From NCBI GenBank assembly GCA_038234295.1, contig JBBSUP010000001.1:3493-67492 (forward strand): DNA of 64,000 nucleotides, written 5' to 3'. This stretch comes from Chthoniobacterales bacterium. GTDB taxonomy: Bacteria > Verrucomicrobiota > Verrucomicrobiia > Chthoniobacterales > UBA10450. The translations under genes and the position numbers were made by a program. Positions 24,977 to 34,847 of this stretch are shown one piece after another. Every line of letters begins with the position of its first letter. Positions within the stretch are counted from its first letter, which is position 1. The notes beneath the pieces were generated by a model, which was not told the DNA's origin, made no database searches, and saw nothing but the letters and a program-made list of their open reading frames with translations.

Positions 24977-25246
24977 ATGGATTTTCGTTTGGTCGTGGTA
25001 CGCGGACGGGACATCGTCCTGCAACCGGTAAGAAGCGAATTTGTGCGAAAAGCGGCCAAACTATTTTGGCCGCGGAGGGCGCGGCCCGCCTGGATGTGAG
25101 CTCGGCGTCTGACGCAGGCTCACGGCGACAGAGTGCCGTCGCGACAACTGCGGCCCAGCCCGGGAGCCTTGCCACGCTCCGTGGAGAGCGTAGTTTGATG
25201 CTGTCGTCGGGTTGCGGCTGCGGTCTGTTTTCTGCGTAGTAGCTGG

Positions 25247-25849
25247 ATGTCGCCTATGAGTGCCTCACCGCCACAGCAGTACGTCACGCAGATGCTGGTC
25301 GATTGGAGCCGCGGTAATCGCGAGGCTGCGGTTCAGCTCATGCCGCTGGTCTATGACGAGCTGCGCCTGATCGCCCGCGGTTATCTCCAGCGCGAGCGGA
25401 GCGATCATACCTTGCAAGCCACCGCGCTGGTTCACGAAGCGTATCTCCGGATGGTCGATCAAACGCAATTGACCTGGAAAAACCGCGCCCATTTCTTCGG
25501 CGTGGCGGCGCGGGTGATGCGACGGATTCTGGTCGATCACGCCCGGCGGCATCGGGCCGGGAAGCGGGGCGGCGCTTGGGCGAAAGTGGAACTGGACGAA
25601 GCGCGCCTGAGCGCTGGGTCGCGCCCGCTGGATCTGGTCGTCCTCGATGAAGCGCTCATGGATCTGGCGAAGCTCGATCCGCGGCAGAGCGAGATCGTCG
25701 AGTTGCGCTTCTTTGGCGCTCTTACGTTCGAGGAAGCGGCCGAAGTGCTCGACGTCTCGCCGCGGACGGTGCGGCGGGACTGGCGGATCGCGAAGGCGTG
25801 GCTGCGGCGGGAGATCTTTGGGGAAAAAGAGGATGCGAGCACGGCCTGA
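25247..25849 (+). CDS. ECF sigma factor of the Ser/Thr-kinase-associated type (copy A)
   Basis: 200 aa. The signature VTQMLVDWSRGNREAAVQLMPLVYDELRLIARGYLQRERSDHTLQATALVHEAYLRMVDQ is one I recognise from the TIGR02999 / ECF43-like group. Region-4 HTH is EIVELRFFGALTFEEAAEVLDVSPRTVRRDWRIAKAWL. The kinase gene overlaps its end. Confidence 0.85.
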   Translation: MSPMSASPPQQYVTQMLVDWSRGNREAAVQLMPLVYDELRLIARGYLQRERSDHTLQATALVHEAYLRMVDQTQLTWKNRAHFFGVAARVMRRILVDHARRHRAGKRGGAWAKVELDEARLSAGSRPLDLVVLDEALMDLAKLDPRQSEIVELRFFGALTFEEAAEVLDVSPRTVRRDWRIAKAWLRREIFGEKEDASTA

Positions 25850-28328
25850 GCAGTGGCCGCGGGTGAACGAACTGTTCGACGCCGCGGCTGAATTGCAGGA
25901 GCCGGAGCGGTCAAGATTCCTCGAGAAAGAATGCGCGGAAGACCGCGCGCTGCGGGTCGAAGTGGAATCGCTCCTCGCTTCGGACGCGGAGGCGTCGGAG
26001 TTCATCGAGGAACCGGTCGGAACGCTGCCGCGGGAATTGTTCTCGGACCCGAACTCGGAGATTGCCGGCCAGCAATTCGGCGCCTACCGGATCGTGCGCG
26101 AGATCGGACGCGGTGGCTTGGGGACCGTTTATCTGGCGGAGCGCGCCGATGATGAATACCGCAAAGAAGTCGCGGTCAAGCTCGTCCGGCGCGGGCTCGA
26201 CACGGATGACATTCTGCGACGCTTCCGACATGAGCGGCAAATTCTGGCCCAGCTCGATCATCCGAACATCGGGCGTCTGATCGACGGCGGGACGACCGAA
26301 AACGGGCGGCCTTACTTCGTGATGGAGTATGTGCAAGGCCGGACGCTGCTCGATTTTTGCGCTGCACAGAAGCTCGACACGAATGAGCGGCTCCGACTGT
26401 TCCGCAAAGTGTGCGCTGCGGTTTCCTACGCGCACCAGAACCTGGTGATCCACCGCGACCTGAAGCCGTCGAACATTCTGGTGACCGAGGACGGCACGCC
26501 CAAGCTGCTCGATTTCGGCATCGCCAGACTGCTGACGCCTGAGGAGAAGGCGATGACGCAGACGATACCGGCGCTGCGGGTGATGACGCCGGAGTATGCC
26601 AGCCCGGAGCAAATCAAAGGCGGCGCGATCACGACGAGCAGCGATGTGTATTCGTTAGGCGTGCTTCTCTACGAGCTGCTCACCGGCCAAAAGCCCTACC
26701 GTCTGACGAGCCGCAGCGCGGAGGAAGTCTCGCGCGCGGTCACGGACCAGGAGCCGACGCGACCTTCGAACAATCAGAAATCAGAAATCAGAAATCAGAA
26801 ATCCCTCCGGGGCGATCTCGACAACATCATTCTGATGGCGTTGCGCAAGGAACCCGAGCGCCGCTATGCCACGGTCGAGCGTTTTTCTGAAGACATCCGG
26901 CGCCAGCTCGCAGGCCTGCCGGTGAGCGCGCACCAAGACACCTTTCAATATCGGACCGCGAAGTTTGTGCGGCGGAATAAGACCGGTGTCGTCGCGGCGT
27001 TGCTCGTCCTGCTCGCTCTCGTCTCCGGCCTGATCGCGACGCTCTGGCAGGCGAGAGTGGCCCAAGCGCAACGGACGAAGGCGGAGCGCCGGTTTAACGA
27101 CGTGCGCAAGCTGGCCAATTCCAATCTCTTCGACGTCTACCCAAAGATCGAAAAGCTCGCCGGCTCGCTCGAAGCGCAGCAGGCCGTTTTACTCAATGTC
27201 CTGCAATATCTCGACAGCCTGTTCCACGAAGCGGGCGACGATCTGGAGCTGCAAAGTGAACTGGCGACCGCTTACGAAAAAGTGGGCGACGTGCAGGGGG
27301 CGAAGAACGATCAAAGCCTGGGCAATTACAAAACAGGCCTCGAGACCTATCTAAAGGCGCAAGAACTGCGCGAAGCAGTTTTTCTGGCCCATCCGCAGGA
27401 CTTGAAAGCGAAGGAAAAGTTGGCGCAAAACTACTACGTCACCGCCCGAACGCTCTGGTTTACCAACCGAACCGAGGAAGCGGCGGCCATCTACGCAAAA
27501 GGAATCAAGCTCCGGCGCGAACTGGTGGCGGCGCTGCCCGATTCCGCAGAAGCGAACAACGGCCTTGCGGTCATGCTCATCAACGCGGGCGCCATTCCCG
27601 AATTCAGCTACAAAACGACCGAAGCGCTCGTCTACTTCGACGAAGCCCTCGCCATCATCGAAAAGATGCGGGCGAAATATCCTGAGAACAGAGACTTGAA
27701 GAAGACGCTCTCGCTCGATTTGAAGTTCCTCGGCAGAACCAAAGCCGCTCTCAAGGAATATGACGAAGCGTTGGCATATCTCCAGCAGGCGCTCGCGCTC
27801 AGCCAGGAACTGGCGAAAGAGTTTCCGCAGGATTTCCGTTTGCAACGGGATGTATGGGTATCCCAAAAACAGGTCTGCCAGTTTTTTATCAACAAAGACG
27901 ATGGTGCCGGCGCCGTCCCCGCCTGCCTCCCCGCGACGAAGTTTCCGCGTCTCGCTTTGGAAAGAGAGCCCGAGAACGCGACCATCCAACATGACTTGTC
28001 GGTATCGCAATGGGATGTGGCGAGGGCGTATAACCTGGCGAAAAACCATTCCGGCGCACTCGATGCGGCCGGCGAAGCGATCGCGACCATTTCGGAACTG
28101 ATCAAGAAGCTGCCGGGAAATACCGACTACCAACGCTATCTCGCGATCTATTTGACCGCGAAAGGAGAGGCTTTGCTTGGACTGAACCAATGGGATCCGG
28201 CGCTCGCCACCTTGCGGGAGGCAGAGGAAATCCTGCGGCGCCTGAGCGAGTTGGACCCCGAGTCGACCAGCCATCAGTGGGATCTCTCGGGCGTTTACCG
28301 GCTGGCCGCCGAGGCGCATTCTGGATAG
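25833..28328 (+). CDS. Ser/Thr protein kinase - TM - TPR protein (copy A), ended by in-frame TAG
   Basis: Starts MRARPEQWPRVNELFDAAAEL. Hanks motifs are GRGGLGTVY, AVK, HRDLKPSNILV, DFGIA, SPEQ and DVYSLGVLLYELLTG. TM helix VVAALLVLLALVSGLIATL, followed by TPR-like repeats. The homologous reading frame continues beyond TAG 28326-28328 to TGA 28490. Confidence 0.85.
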   Translation: MRARPEQWPRVNELFDAAAELQEPERSRFLEKECAEDRALRVEVESLLASDAEASEFIEEPVGTLPRELFSDPNSEIAGQQFGAYRIVREIGRGGLGTVYLAERADDEYRKEVAVKLVRRGLDTDDILRRFRHERQILAQLDHPNIGRLIDGGTTENGRPYFVMEYVQGRTLLDFCAAQKLDTNERLRLFRKVCAAVSYAHQNLVIHRDLKPSNILVTEDGTPKLLDFGIARLLTPEEKAMTQTIPALRVMTPEYASPEQIKGGAITTSSDVYSLGVLLYELLTGQKPYRLTSRSAEEVSRAVTDQEPTRPSNNQKSEIRNQKSLRGDLDNIILMALRKEPERRYATVERFSEDIRRQLAGLPVSAHQDTFQYRTAKFVRRNKTGVVAALLVLLALVSGLIATLWQARVAQAQRTKAERRFNDVRKLANSNLFDVYPKIEKLAGSLEAQQAVLLNVLQYLDSLFHEAGDDLELQSELATAYEKVGDVQGAKNDQSLGNYKTGLETYLKAQELREAVFLAHPQDLKAKEKLAQNYYVTARTLWFTNRTEEAAAIYAKGIKLRRELVAALPDSAEANNGLAVMLINAGAIPEFSYKTTEALVYFDEALAIIEKMRAKYPENRDLKKTLSLDLKFLGRTKAALKEYDEALAYLQQALALSQELAKEFPQDFRLQRDVWVSQKQVCQFFINKDDGAGAVPACLPATKFPRLALEREPENATIQHDLSVSQWDVARAYNLAKNHSGALDAAGEAIATISELIKKLPGNTDYQRYLAIYLTAKGEALLGLNQWDPALATLREAEEILRRLSELDPESTSHQWDLSGVYRLAAEAHSG

Positions 28329-28655
28329 GGCGAAAAAGCCGAGGCGATCGAGAAGATTGAGAAGGCGATCGAGATCGCGCACAGGCTCGGGAAATTGGAC
28401 GCTTTAGCAGGATCGGAGGAGAAAGTCCTCGAGGAGCTGGAAGCCGAGAAAAGCCGGATTCGACAAACTCAGGTGGCCCCGGAAACCTGATAACGCGTCC
28501 CGCGACGCTGAACCGAATCGGGCGCTGCCGTCGCTCGCGTTAATCGTTCGACAGGTTCTTTCGGGTTTGCCCGACGCCGGATTGTGCCGGGCTTACTGGT
28601 CATGGTGGAATCGGGACACCGCCCTCCTCATTCAAACGACTCGACCCAGCAGAGG

Positions 28656-30050
28656 TTAATTTTTCTCGTTCGAGGAGGCCAAAGAGACGTCGCGCGAGCG
28701 ACGAGGCAGCCATGCCGGGATCGCCGCCAGGGCCAGCCAGATGGCGAACGGTGCAAATTGCACCAGACCTTTGACGAACTGGGAACCGAGGCCGAACCAT
28801 TGCTCGTGATCGAACCAGTGGCCGTAGCGCGCCAGCGCCGCCACGGTCAGGTAACAGAACGGACCGAGAAAGCGCCAGGGCAGAAAGGCAAGAAACGGCG
28901 TCAGCCAGGTCCAATACCAGGGATAGTTAGGCGAAAGCAGAAACGTGAAAACAAAGACCAGCGCTCCCGCCGCCAGCACAAACGCACCCTCTCCTTCGCC
29001 CCTGCGGAAGAGCGACCAGACCGCGAGCAGGCCAAGGATAGAGGCGGCGAACACGAAATAAGCCAGCACCGGCAGATGCGCTCCGCCGAGGAGGAAATTA
29101 GCCAGATACAAAGGAAAGTAATCGCCGCTGCCCAAACCCTCTTCCTTGGCGTAGCTGGGAAGAAATCCGAAGGCGCCCAGCCCGACGCTGGAATAGATAA
29201 GGTAGCCTGTGCCGATGGTGGCGGCTGCGACGAGCGGCATTTTCCAGTCCCAGCGCCGGTAGAGCGCCGGGAAGAGGACGAGCGGAACAAACTTCACCAG
29301 CACCGCAGCCGCGAGCCAGGCCCCGGCGAGGCCGTCCCGCTCGCGACGCCGCGCCAGGAGCGCTAGCGCGACGAAAGCGATCATCAGCGTGTCGATGTGT
29401 CCGGTGGCGGATAATTCCCAGAGTACTAGCGGGTTCCAGGCATAGACGATGATCCGTGATCGCGGCAAACCGAAGGAGGCAAGAAGGCGAGCGAGCGCCC
29501 AGATCGTCACCCCTTCCATCCCGAGCAGGGCGGCTTTAAACCAGGTGATAGTCTCGCTCACGCGCGTGATCGCGAGGAAGAAGAGCTGCGCCCCCGGCGG
29601 ATAAATCGTGTGCGCATAATCGCGGCGATTGATGTGCGGATAAATCGCCTTCTCCCGCAAAGGCGCCAGCCGGGGGTCGGCCGGAATGTAGCGATAAGGG
29701 TTAATCCCGGCAGCCTGAACGCGGCCATCCCAGACATAGCGATACATGTCGCTGGATAGGACCGGTGGCTGAAACAGGAGCACGGCGCGCAGGAGAATCG
29801 AAAGCGCGACGACGAGGAGAAAAGTGAAACGCGTGGTCGGCTGGTCCCAAAGTAATTTCGCCGCGAACAGGCAGGCGCCGCCCTGCAAAAGCGCGTATCC
29901 GGTAAAGACCGCGACCCTGCCGCTTTCGACCGCGTGAATAGCCGGCCAGAGGAGCCCGCAAATGGTCAGGCCGGCCAAAAGAAGTAAGACGTTCCGCAGA
30001 CCCTGCGGCTCAAGAGCGCGCGGCTCGGTCAGGGGAGCGGATGAAGTCAT
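28656..30050 (-). CDS. polytopic membrane glycosyltransferase (DUF2029/GT87-like)
   Basis: 464 aa with at least 9 hydrophobic helices. The loop YRYVWDGRVQAAGINPYRYIPADPRLAPLREKAIYPHINRRDYAHTIYPPGAQLFF resembles polyprenol-phosphate-sugar-dependent mannosyltransferase-type proteins. Confidence 0.6.
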   Translation of the reverse strand: MTSSAPLTEPRALEPQGLRNVLLLLAGLTICGLLWPAIHAVESGRVAVFTGYALLQGGACLFAAKLLWDQPTTRFTFLLVVALSILLRAVLLFQPPVLSSDMYRYVWDGRVQAAGINPYRYIPADPRLAPLREKAIYPHINRRDYAHTIYPPGAQLFFLAITRVSETITWFKAALLGMEGVTIWALARLLASFGLPRSRIIVYAWNPLVLWELSATGHIDTLMIAFVALALLARRRERDGLAGAWLAAAVLVKFVPLVLFPALYRRWDWKMPLVAAATIGTGYLIYSSVGLGAFGFLPSYAKEEGLGSGDYFPLYLANFLLGGAHLPVLAYFVFAASILGLLAVWSLFRRGEGEGAFVLAAGALVFVFTFLLSPNYPWYWTWLTPFLAFLPWRFLGPFCYLTVAALARYGHWFDHEQWFGLGSQFVKGLVQFAPFAIWLALAAIPAWLPRRSRDVSLASSNEKN

Positions 30051-30363
30051 CTGGTGAGAGGCGGGAAAGCGATCCCCTTATTCCCCGCCCTTTGCTGGCA
30101 GCCCGGCCTTACTCCCGCCGAGGCGCGCTCTTCCCCTCGGCGCCTGATTCTTCTTCCTCCTCGGGAGGCGACACGTCGCCGCGATCATCACTTTCCCCAT
30201 TCGATCGCTCGCCGTGGCGGGTCATCATTCTGAGCAAGGTCGCTATTCCGGTATGGAGAAGACTTTCGCAACCGTGTATCACCATACACTAGAGAAAGCG
30301 CGAAATCGGCGCCAAAAAGGCCACAAATCTTCATCCCGCAGCGAAAATCGGCGCGATGGCGAG

Positions 30364-30391
30364 ATTGTAGGGCGGGCGCTTCGCCTGCCCC
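30364..30391. repeat. R1 repeat, left half only
   Basis: ATTGTAGGGCGGGCGCTTCGCCTGCCCC without the matching right arm. Confidence 0.7.
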
Positions 30392-30487
30392 GGATTAGGC
30401 TTGTCAGAAGATTTTACCGCGGAGAGCGCAGAGGAAGCAGGAAACATGACGCTTCCTCCGCGGTTAATTTGCCGTTAACGGCTGCTT

Positions 30488-30544
30488 GCAGGAGCCGACC
30501 GGCTGGAAGCCCGTCGGCCGAGTCAGGCAGGATGCCTGACTTCC
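30488..30544. repeat. double-hairpin repeat R3 (GGAGCCGACCGGCTGGAAGCCCGTCGGCCGAGTCAGGC..GCCTGACTTCC)
   Basis: Near-identical copy at 37644-37700. Hairpins are GCCGAC..GTCGGC and GTCAGGC..GCCTGAC. Confidence 0.8.
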
Positions 30545-30548
30545 AGAG

Positions 30549-30665
30549 CAGATGATCCGGTCGAGATCCTCGGGCGACCATGACATCTCCGGGAAAGGGC
30601 AGCTTATCGAGGGTCTCGCGGAAGAGCTGAGTCAGACGAAGATCGATTCTCCACTGATAGAGATG
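30549..30665 (-). pseudogene. relic of the 3' end of priA
   Basis: The minus-strand translation ..RLTQLFRETLDKLPFPGDVMVA.. parallels the PriA C-terminus ..RLSRLIRETLDKLPFPEDVAVAVDVDPYQLL. The DNA aligns with 37747-37860 at roughly 70% by eye, and the same R3 repeat follows it as follows the real priA. Confidence 0.65.
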
Positions 30666-30952
30666 GGGAAGCAGCGATAACCACCTTGGGAATTCCAGGG
30701 GAGCGAGCGGTCGCTCTGAGGGGCTACTCTTCCGGTAAGGACTCCCTGAGACGCACGGAGGGTTCCGGCGGAAGAATTGGCTCGCGCATCGCGCTCGGCG
30801 CGCAAGGTGGACAGGACCACGTCGATAACAGATGACGAAGATGGTAGGAGCGCGCAGATGGTAGTTTTGGCGAAGCGGCCTTGCGATCGAAAGTTCGGGC
30901 CGCGAGCGCAAACGAGGCGCTGACTTCGGAAAGCTATAGCGAGCACCGGACA

Positions 30953-31000
30953 ATTGTAGGGCGGGCGCTCCGCCTGCCCTGATTCATAAACCTGGGCAAC
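30953..31000. repeat. R1 repeat copy (right arm degraded)
   Basis: ATTGTAGGGCGGGCGCTCCGCCTGCCCTGATTCATAAACCTGGGCAAC. Confidence 0.75.
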
Positions 31001-31039
31001 CACCGAGACAGGCGCCATCAAATGCCGCCCGATGTGCGT

Positions 31040-31118
31040 GTGGAGGGACGGGCGCCGTCCCGTCCGTGTGTGGTCGGCGCCGAAAAGAAACTCGGACGAC
31101 GCGGCGGTCGTCCCTCCA
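31040..31118. repeat. R2 hairpin repeat copy
   Basis: GTGGAGGGACGGGCGCCGTCCCGTCCG...GGACGACGCGGCGGTCGTCCCTCCA. Confidence 0.85.
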
Positions 31119-31228
31119 AGCGCGCGCTAAGATTAGCTACGACCTCGAAATTAACCCTCCCAAGATCCAACGGGTCCACTCTGCCCGCACCGCAAAAACA
31201 AGCGCGGGCAGAGTGTTAGCGCGATCGG

Positions 31229-34090
31229 TCACTGGAGCCGAAAAGCTTCCACTAACCCGACCCCGATCCCGCCATCCTTCCCCGCGACGATCGCGGTGTA
31301 GTTACCCGGACCCAACGTCTGCACGAGGGCTGACTCGAGATTCTTCGTCGGCGGGATCCCCGTCGCCACGATCGCGGCCATCTGCTCGTCCTTCCAGTTA
31401 TCGTTACTCCGCACGATGTTGCCGTCCGGGTCGCGCAATTCCAGCGTCGGATCGGCCAGCGCACCGCTCACCCCGGCGTCGCCCAGCGACGGCCCGAGCG
31501 CTCTGACCAGCACCGTGTTGTCGCCGGTTCCCCCCGCGAGAATGAAGCCGCCAATCATCACGTCCGCGCCCGTTCCGACTTTTCCTCGGGTGCTGATGTT
31601 CGCGAACTCTGAGTCTGCGGCCCCCGCCAAGTCATACGCTTCGACCAGGCCGACGCCGGTTCCGCCGCTCTTGCCCTTGACGACCAGGGTGTAGCTGGCT
31701 CCCGGTGCCAGTTCGGCGATGATCGCTGACTCTTTGTCGTTCGTCGGAGCAACGCCGGTGGCGATGATCGCCGCCTTTTGCGTCGTCTTCCAGTTATCGT
31801 TACTCGTGATCAGCGAACCATCACCCCCATGGAGCTCCAGCACCGGGTCGGCCAGCACCCCAGTGACTCCGAAATCCGCCAGGGACGGACCGATCGCGCG
31901 CAAAATCACCGTCTTCGTTTTCGTCCCCAGCACGATGAAGCCTCCGATGAGCACGTCTTCGCCGGTCTCGACGCGGAGCCGGGTCGAGATGTTTTGGAAC
32001 CGGTTCGGGAGCGACGGCGCGAGGGCGACGACAAAAGGCGAGAGCGAATCAACGCTCGCGCAGACCGTGTGACTGGCGAAGTCGATCGAGCTCAGGTCCG
32101 TGCGATCGACTAACTCTCCATTTTCACCGTGCAGAATCCGGACACGCTCAAACTCGTCTGCGTCCGTGATCGAATTGACGGTGAAACAAACCGTGAGCGG
32201 CGCGGTGAAGGTCGCGGTGGTGCGAATGTCGTAAGCAGGTGCGCTCTCCAGGATGGTGTAGCCCTCAGGCGGAGCCCCGGCGGAGGACGGCGGGACAATC
32301 GCACCAAAGGTCGTAAAGCCGGCCTTGGTAATAGAGTGGAAGGTAACGGTGGCATCACCAGCAGGCGCTTCCGCGGTCACATTATTGCCGGGCATTGTAT
32401 TCGCCGGCTGAACTTCGAAAGCTCCGATATCTGAACCGTCGCCCCCGGCGGCATTGGGAATGGAAGGATTATTGAATGGCCGGGGAAGTCCGCGTTGATC
32501 CGTCATGACATCGGCGCTCTTGCCCTTATCAATTGCCGGGCTATTCGATTGCAGCGCGATAGTTGGAGTCAGGCCGCCGTGGTCCGCGAGACCAACTGGG
32601 TCGAGCAGCGGATCGACATTCAACTGATCGCCCTTCGCCCCGAAACCGGTCGAGTTGGCGGAGTCCCCGATGAGGTTGTAGCCGGCAGAGATGAACGCGC
32701 CGGTAACATCTGGTCCTGTCGGTCCGGTGTTGCCCGCGATGATGGAGTTTTGAATTGTTGGAAGGAGTGTTGTTACGCGGTCATCGATGAAAATACCGCC
32801 GCCGCCGTCCTGATTACTGCTCGGATTGTTCAATTCAGAAACATTCCCCGTGATGGTCGAATTGATGACTTTTAATCCGTCCGAGAAGACCCAGATTCCG
32901 CCGCCAAGACCGTTTTCCGCCACATTGCCCGCGATGGTTGTGTTGATGATCGATATTGCCCCATTAACAGTCACAATGCCGCCGCCCACCGTGGAAGGTC
33001 GAGGTCCAGTGGTTGGACTAGGGGTGAAATAGATGGAGTGCCGGTTATTGGAAACGACGGAGTCAATCACCTCCACGCTACCGGTCGAGCGCAACTGCAT
33101 CCCGGCACCGCCGGCGGTCGCTCCTGAGTGATCGGTGTTGCCGCTCACGGTCACTCGTCGGAAAATCGCAGAATCGGAGTTAACACTCACGCCACCGATA
33201 AAACCTTCGCGACCTTCAAACGTACTGGACGGGCTGCTTCCGGCGACATTGTTTGAAATCGTCGTGTCCGTCACGGTCGCTGTCGTGGCGAAAAGACCCA
33301 AGCCGCCAATGGATCCGGCTCCGCCTGCCGGGACGACGTTCGGATCCGCCCCGGCCGAGTTTCCGGTTATCAGACAGTTTGAAATCGTGGTCTTTAAACC
33401 GTCGAAAGAAGCGCCGCCTACTTGACCTATCGCTGTATTATTGGAAACAGTGGTGTTAACGAGCGTTTTGACGTTGCTCCCGGAATCAACAATCCCCCCA
33501 CCGAAGTTAGCGTTGTTTTCCGTAAAAAGTGAACCGGATACCGTAAAATTTCTCGCTCCGTTCAGAAAAATTCCGCCACCCGAATTGGCGACCGTATTAT
33601 TCCTAATGGTGACATTCGTTAGCGTCAGCGCGGTGCCCGCGTGGACCAGGATCGCGCCGCCAGATCTGCCTTCAAGATTGATCACCGTGCCGACGCCGTT
33701 GCCGTCGCGGACCGTTAAGCCACTCATGGCCACAGTCGAATTTACGTCCACAAAAAACGGGCGGCAGACATTGTTACCGCTGATGGTTAACAGACTTGCG
33801 CCGGGTCCGTTGAATGTGACCGCTTTGCCCGGATTGGCGCCGTCCGCGGTGATTTGTATCTCGCTCGCGAGCGTGATTGTCCGCGCCACATTGAAAAACG
33901 CCGGATCGAAATTGATTGTGTCATCCTCACCGTCGGCATTTGCCTGAGCGATCACATCACGCAAGCTGCCCACGCCGCTGTCCTTGGCGTTGGTGACGGT
34001 GAAGGTCGCAGCGACGGCATTGACCGTCGACAGAATGACGGCCAGGGCGGCGATCGCGAATAATTTGGTGAGCGAAGTTTGGATTTTCAT
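31229..34090 (-). CDS. secreted beta-helix repeat protein with two C-terminal repeat domains (copy B)
   Basis: Signal peptide MKIQTSLTKLFAIAALAVILSTVNAVAA. Same architecture as 22118-24976. By my count the last ~255 aa differ from copy A at only 11 positions. Confidence 0.75.
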   Translation of the reverse strand: MKIQTSLTKLFAIAALAVILSTVNAVAATFTVTNAKDSGVGSLRDVIAQANADGEDDTINFDPAFFNVARTITLASEIQITADGANPGKAVTFNGPGASLLTISGNNVCRPFFVDVNSTVAMSGLTVRDGNGVGTVINLEGRSGGAILVHAGTALTLTNVTIRNNTVANSGGGIFLNGARNFTVSGSLFTENNANFGGGIVDSGSNVKTLVNTTVSNNTAIGQVGGASFDGLKTTISNCLITGNSAGADPNVVPAGGAGSIGGLGLFATTATVTDTTISNNVAGSSPSSTFEGREGFIGGVSVNSDSAIFRRVTVSGNTDHSGATAGGAGMQLRSTGSVEVIDSVVSNNRHSIYFTPSPTTGPRPSTVGGGIVTVNGAISIINTTIAGNVAENGLGGGIWVFSDGLKVINSTITGNVSELNNPSSNQDGGGGIFIDDRVTTLLPTIQNSIIAGNTGPTGPDVTGAFISAGYNLIGDSANSTGFGAKGDQLNVDPLLDPVGLADHGGLTPTIALQSNSPAIDKGKSADVMTDQRGLPRPFNNPSIPNAAGGDGSDIGAFEVQPANTMPGNNVTAEAPAGDATVTFHSITKAGFTTFGAIVPPSSAGAPPEGYTILESAPAYDIRTTATFTAPLTVCFTVNSITDADEFERVRILHGENGELVDRTDLSSIDFASHTVCASVDSLSPFVVALAPSLPNRFQNISTRLRVETGEDVLIGGFIVLGTKTKTVILRAIGPSLADFGVTGVLADPVLELHGGDGSLITSNDNWKTTQKAAIIATGVAPTNDKESAIIAELAPGASYTLVVKGKSGGTGVGLVEAYDLAGAADSEFANISTRGKVGTGADVMIGGFILAGGTGDNTVLVRALGPSLGDAGVSGALADPTLELRDPDGNIVRSNDNWKDEQMAAIVATGIPPTKNLESALVQTLGPGNYTAIVAGKDGGIGVGLVEAFRLQ

Positions 34091-34253
34091 AGTCTCTACC
34101 GAGCTAATGCGGAAAGCGCCCGACAAGGGGGACAAACTTTTTCGCTCCCCGAGACGGGCATTAGGGTTTACGGCGTCCGCGTAGATTGATAGGATCGCTC
34201 GAATCGCATCCGCCGCGGTGCGTTCCCAGCTTCAACCTGTCGAACACGCACGA

Positions 34254-34847
34254 ATGATTTCCGCTCCAACCCGACAGGAAGTCACCCAGGTTCTCATCGA
34301 CTGGAGCAAGGGCGAGCAGGGAGCGGCCGAACGCCTGATGCCGCTGATTTACGATGAGCTGCGCCAGGTCGCGCGCGGCTACCTGCGCCGGGAACGAGCC
34401 GACCACACTCTACAGGCGACGGGCCTCGTGCATGAAGCTTACCTCCGGTTGGTCGATCAAACTGCGACGTCCTGGCAGAATCGCGCCCAGTTTTTCGGCG
34501 TCGCCGCATGCGTGATGCGACGGCTTCTGGTCGATCATGCCCGGCGGCATCGGGCCGAGAAGCGCGGCGGGGATTGGGAAAAGGTGGAGTTTGACGATGC
34601 GCTGGCTGCCGGCCTGCCGCGCAGTCTGGACCTGGTCGCGCTGGACGAAGCGCTTCAGGAACTGGCCCGGGTCGATCCGCGCCAGAGTCAGGTGGTGGAG
34701 TTGCGCTTTTTCGGCGGCCTAACGACAGAAGAAGCGGGCGAGGTCCTGGAAGTGTCGCCCCGCACAATCAAGCGCGAATGGCGACGCGCCCGCGCCTGGC
34801 TCTACCGCGAAATCATGCGAGGAAAGGAAAGCCCGGATGCCGTGTGA
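34254..34847 (+). CDS. ECF sigma factor of the Ser/Thr-kinase-associated type (copy B)
   Basis: MISAPTRQEVTQVLIDWSKGEQGAAERLMPLIYDELRQVARGYLRRERADHTLQATGLVHEAYLRLVDQ. ATG 34254 was chosen by alignment with copy A; the track start is 34218 (GTG). Confidence 0.85.
   Translation: MISAPTRQEVTQVLIDWSKGEQGAAERLMPLIYDELRQVARGYLRRERADHTLQATGLVHEAYLRLVDQTATSWQNRAQFFGVAACVMRRLLVDHARRHRAEKRGGDWEKVEFDDALAAGLPRSLDLVALDEALQELARVDPRQSQVVELRFFGGLTTEEAGEVLEVSPRTIKREWRRARAWLYREIMRGKESPDAV

Noticed and set aside
5248-28328. The idea that the two in-frame TAG codons (AbiEii, kinase A) indicate TAG reassignment or pyrrolysine-type recoding.
   Set aside because: TAG is the apparent normal terminator of recD, priA, the REC-MBL gene, the second ECF sigma, the glycine-zipper gene and a GNAT gene in this same window. 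Nonsense mutation or local read-through is the simpler explanation.
30414-30953. A 179-aa minus-strand ORF, and likewise 15748-16155, 31022-31219 and 37572-37838.
   Set aside because: They are read-through of the R1/R2/R3 repeat elements plus the priA 3' relic, not independent genes.
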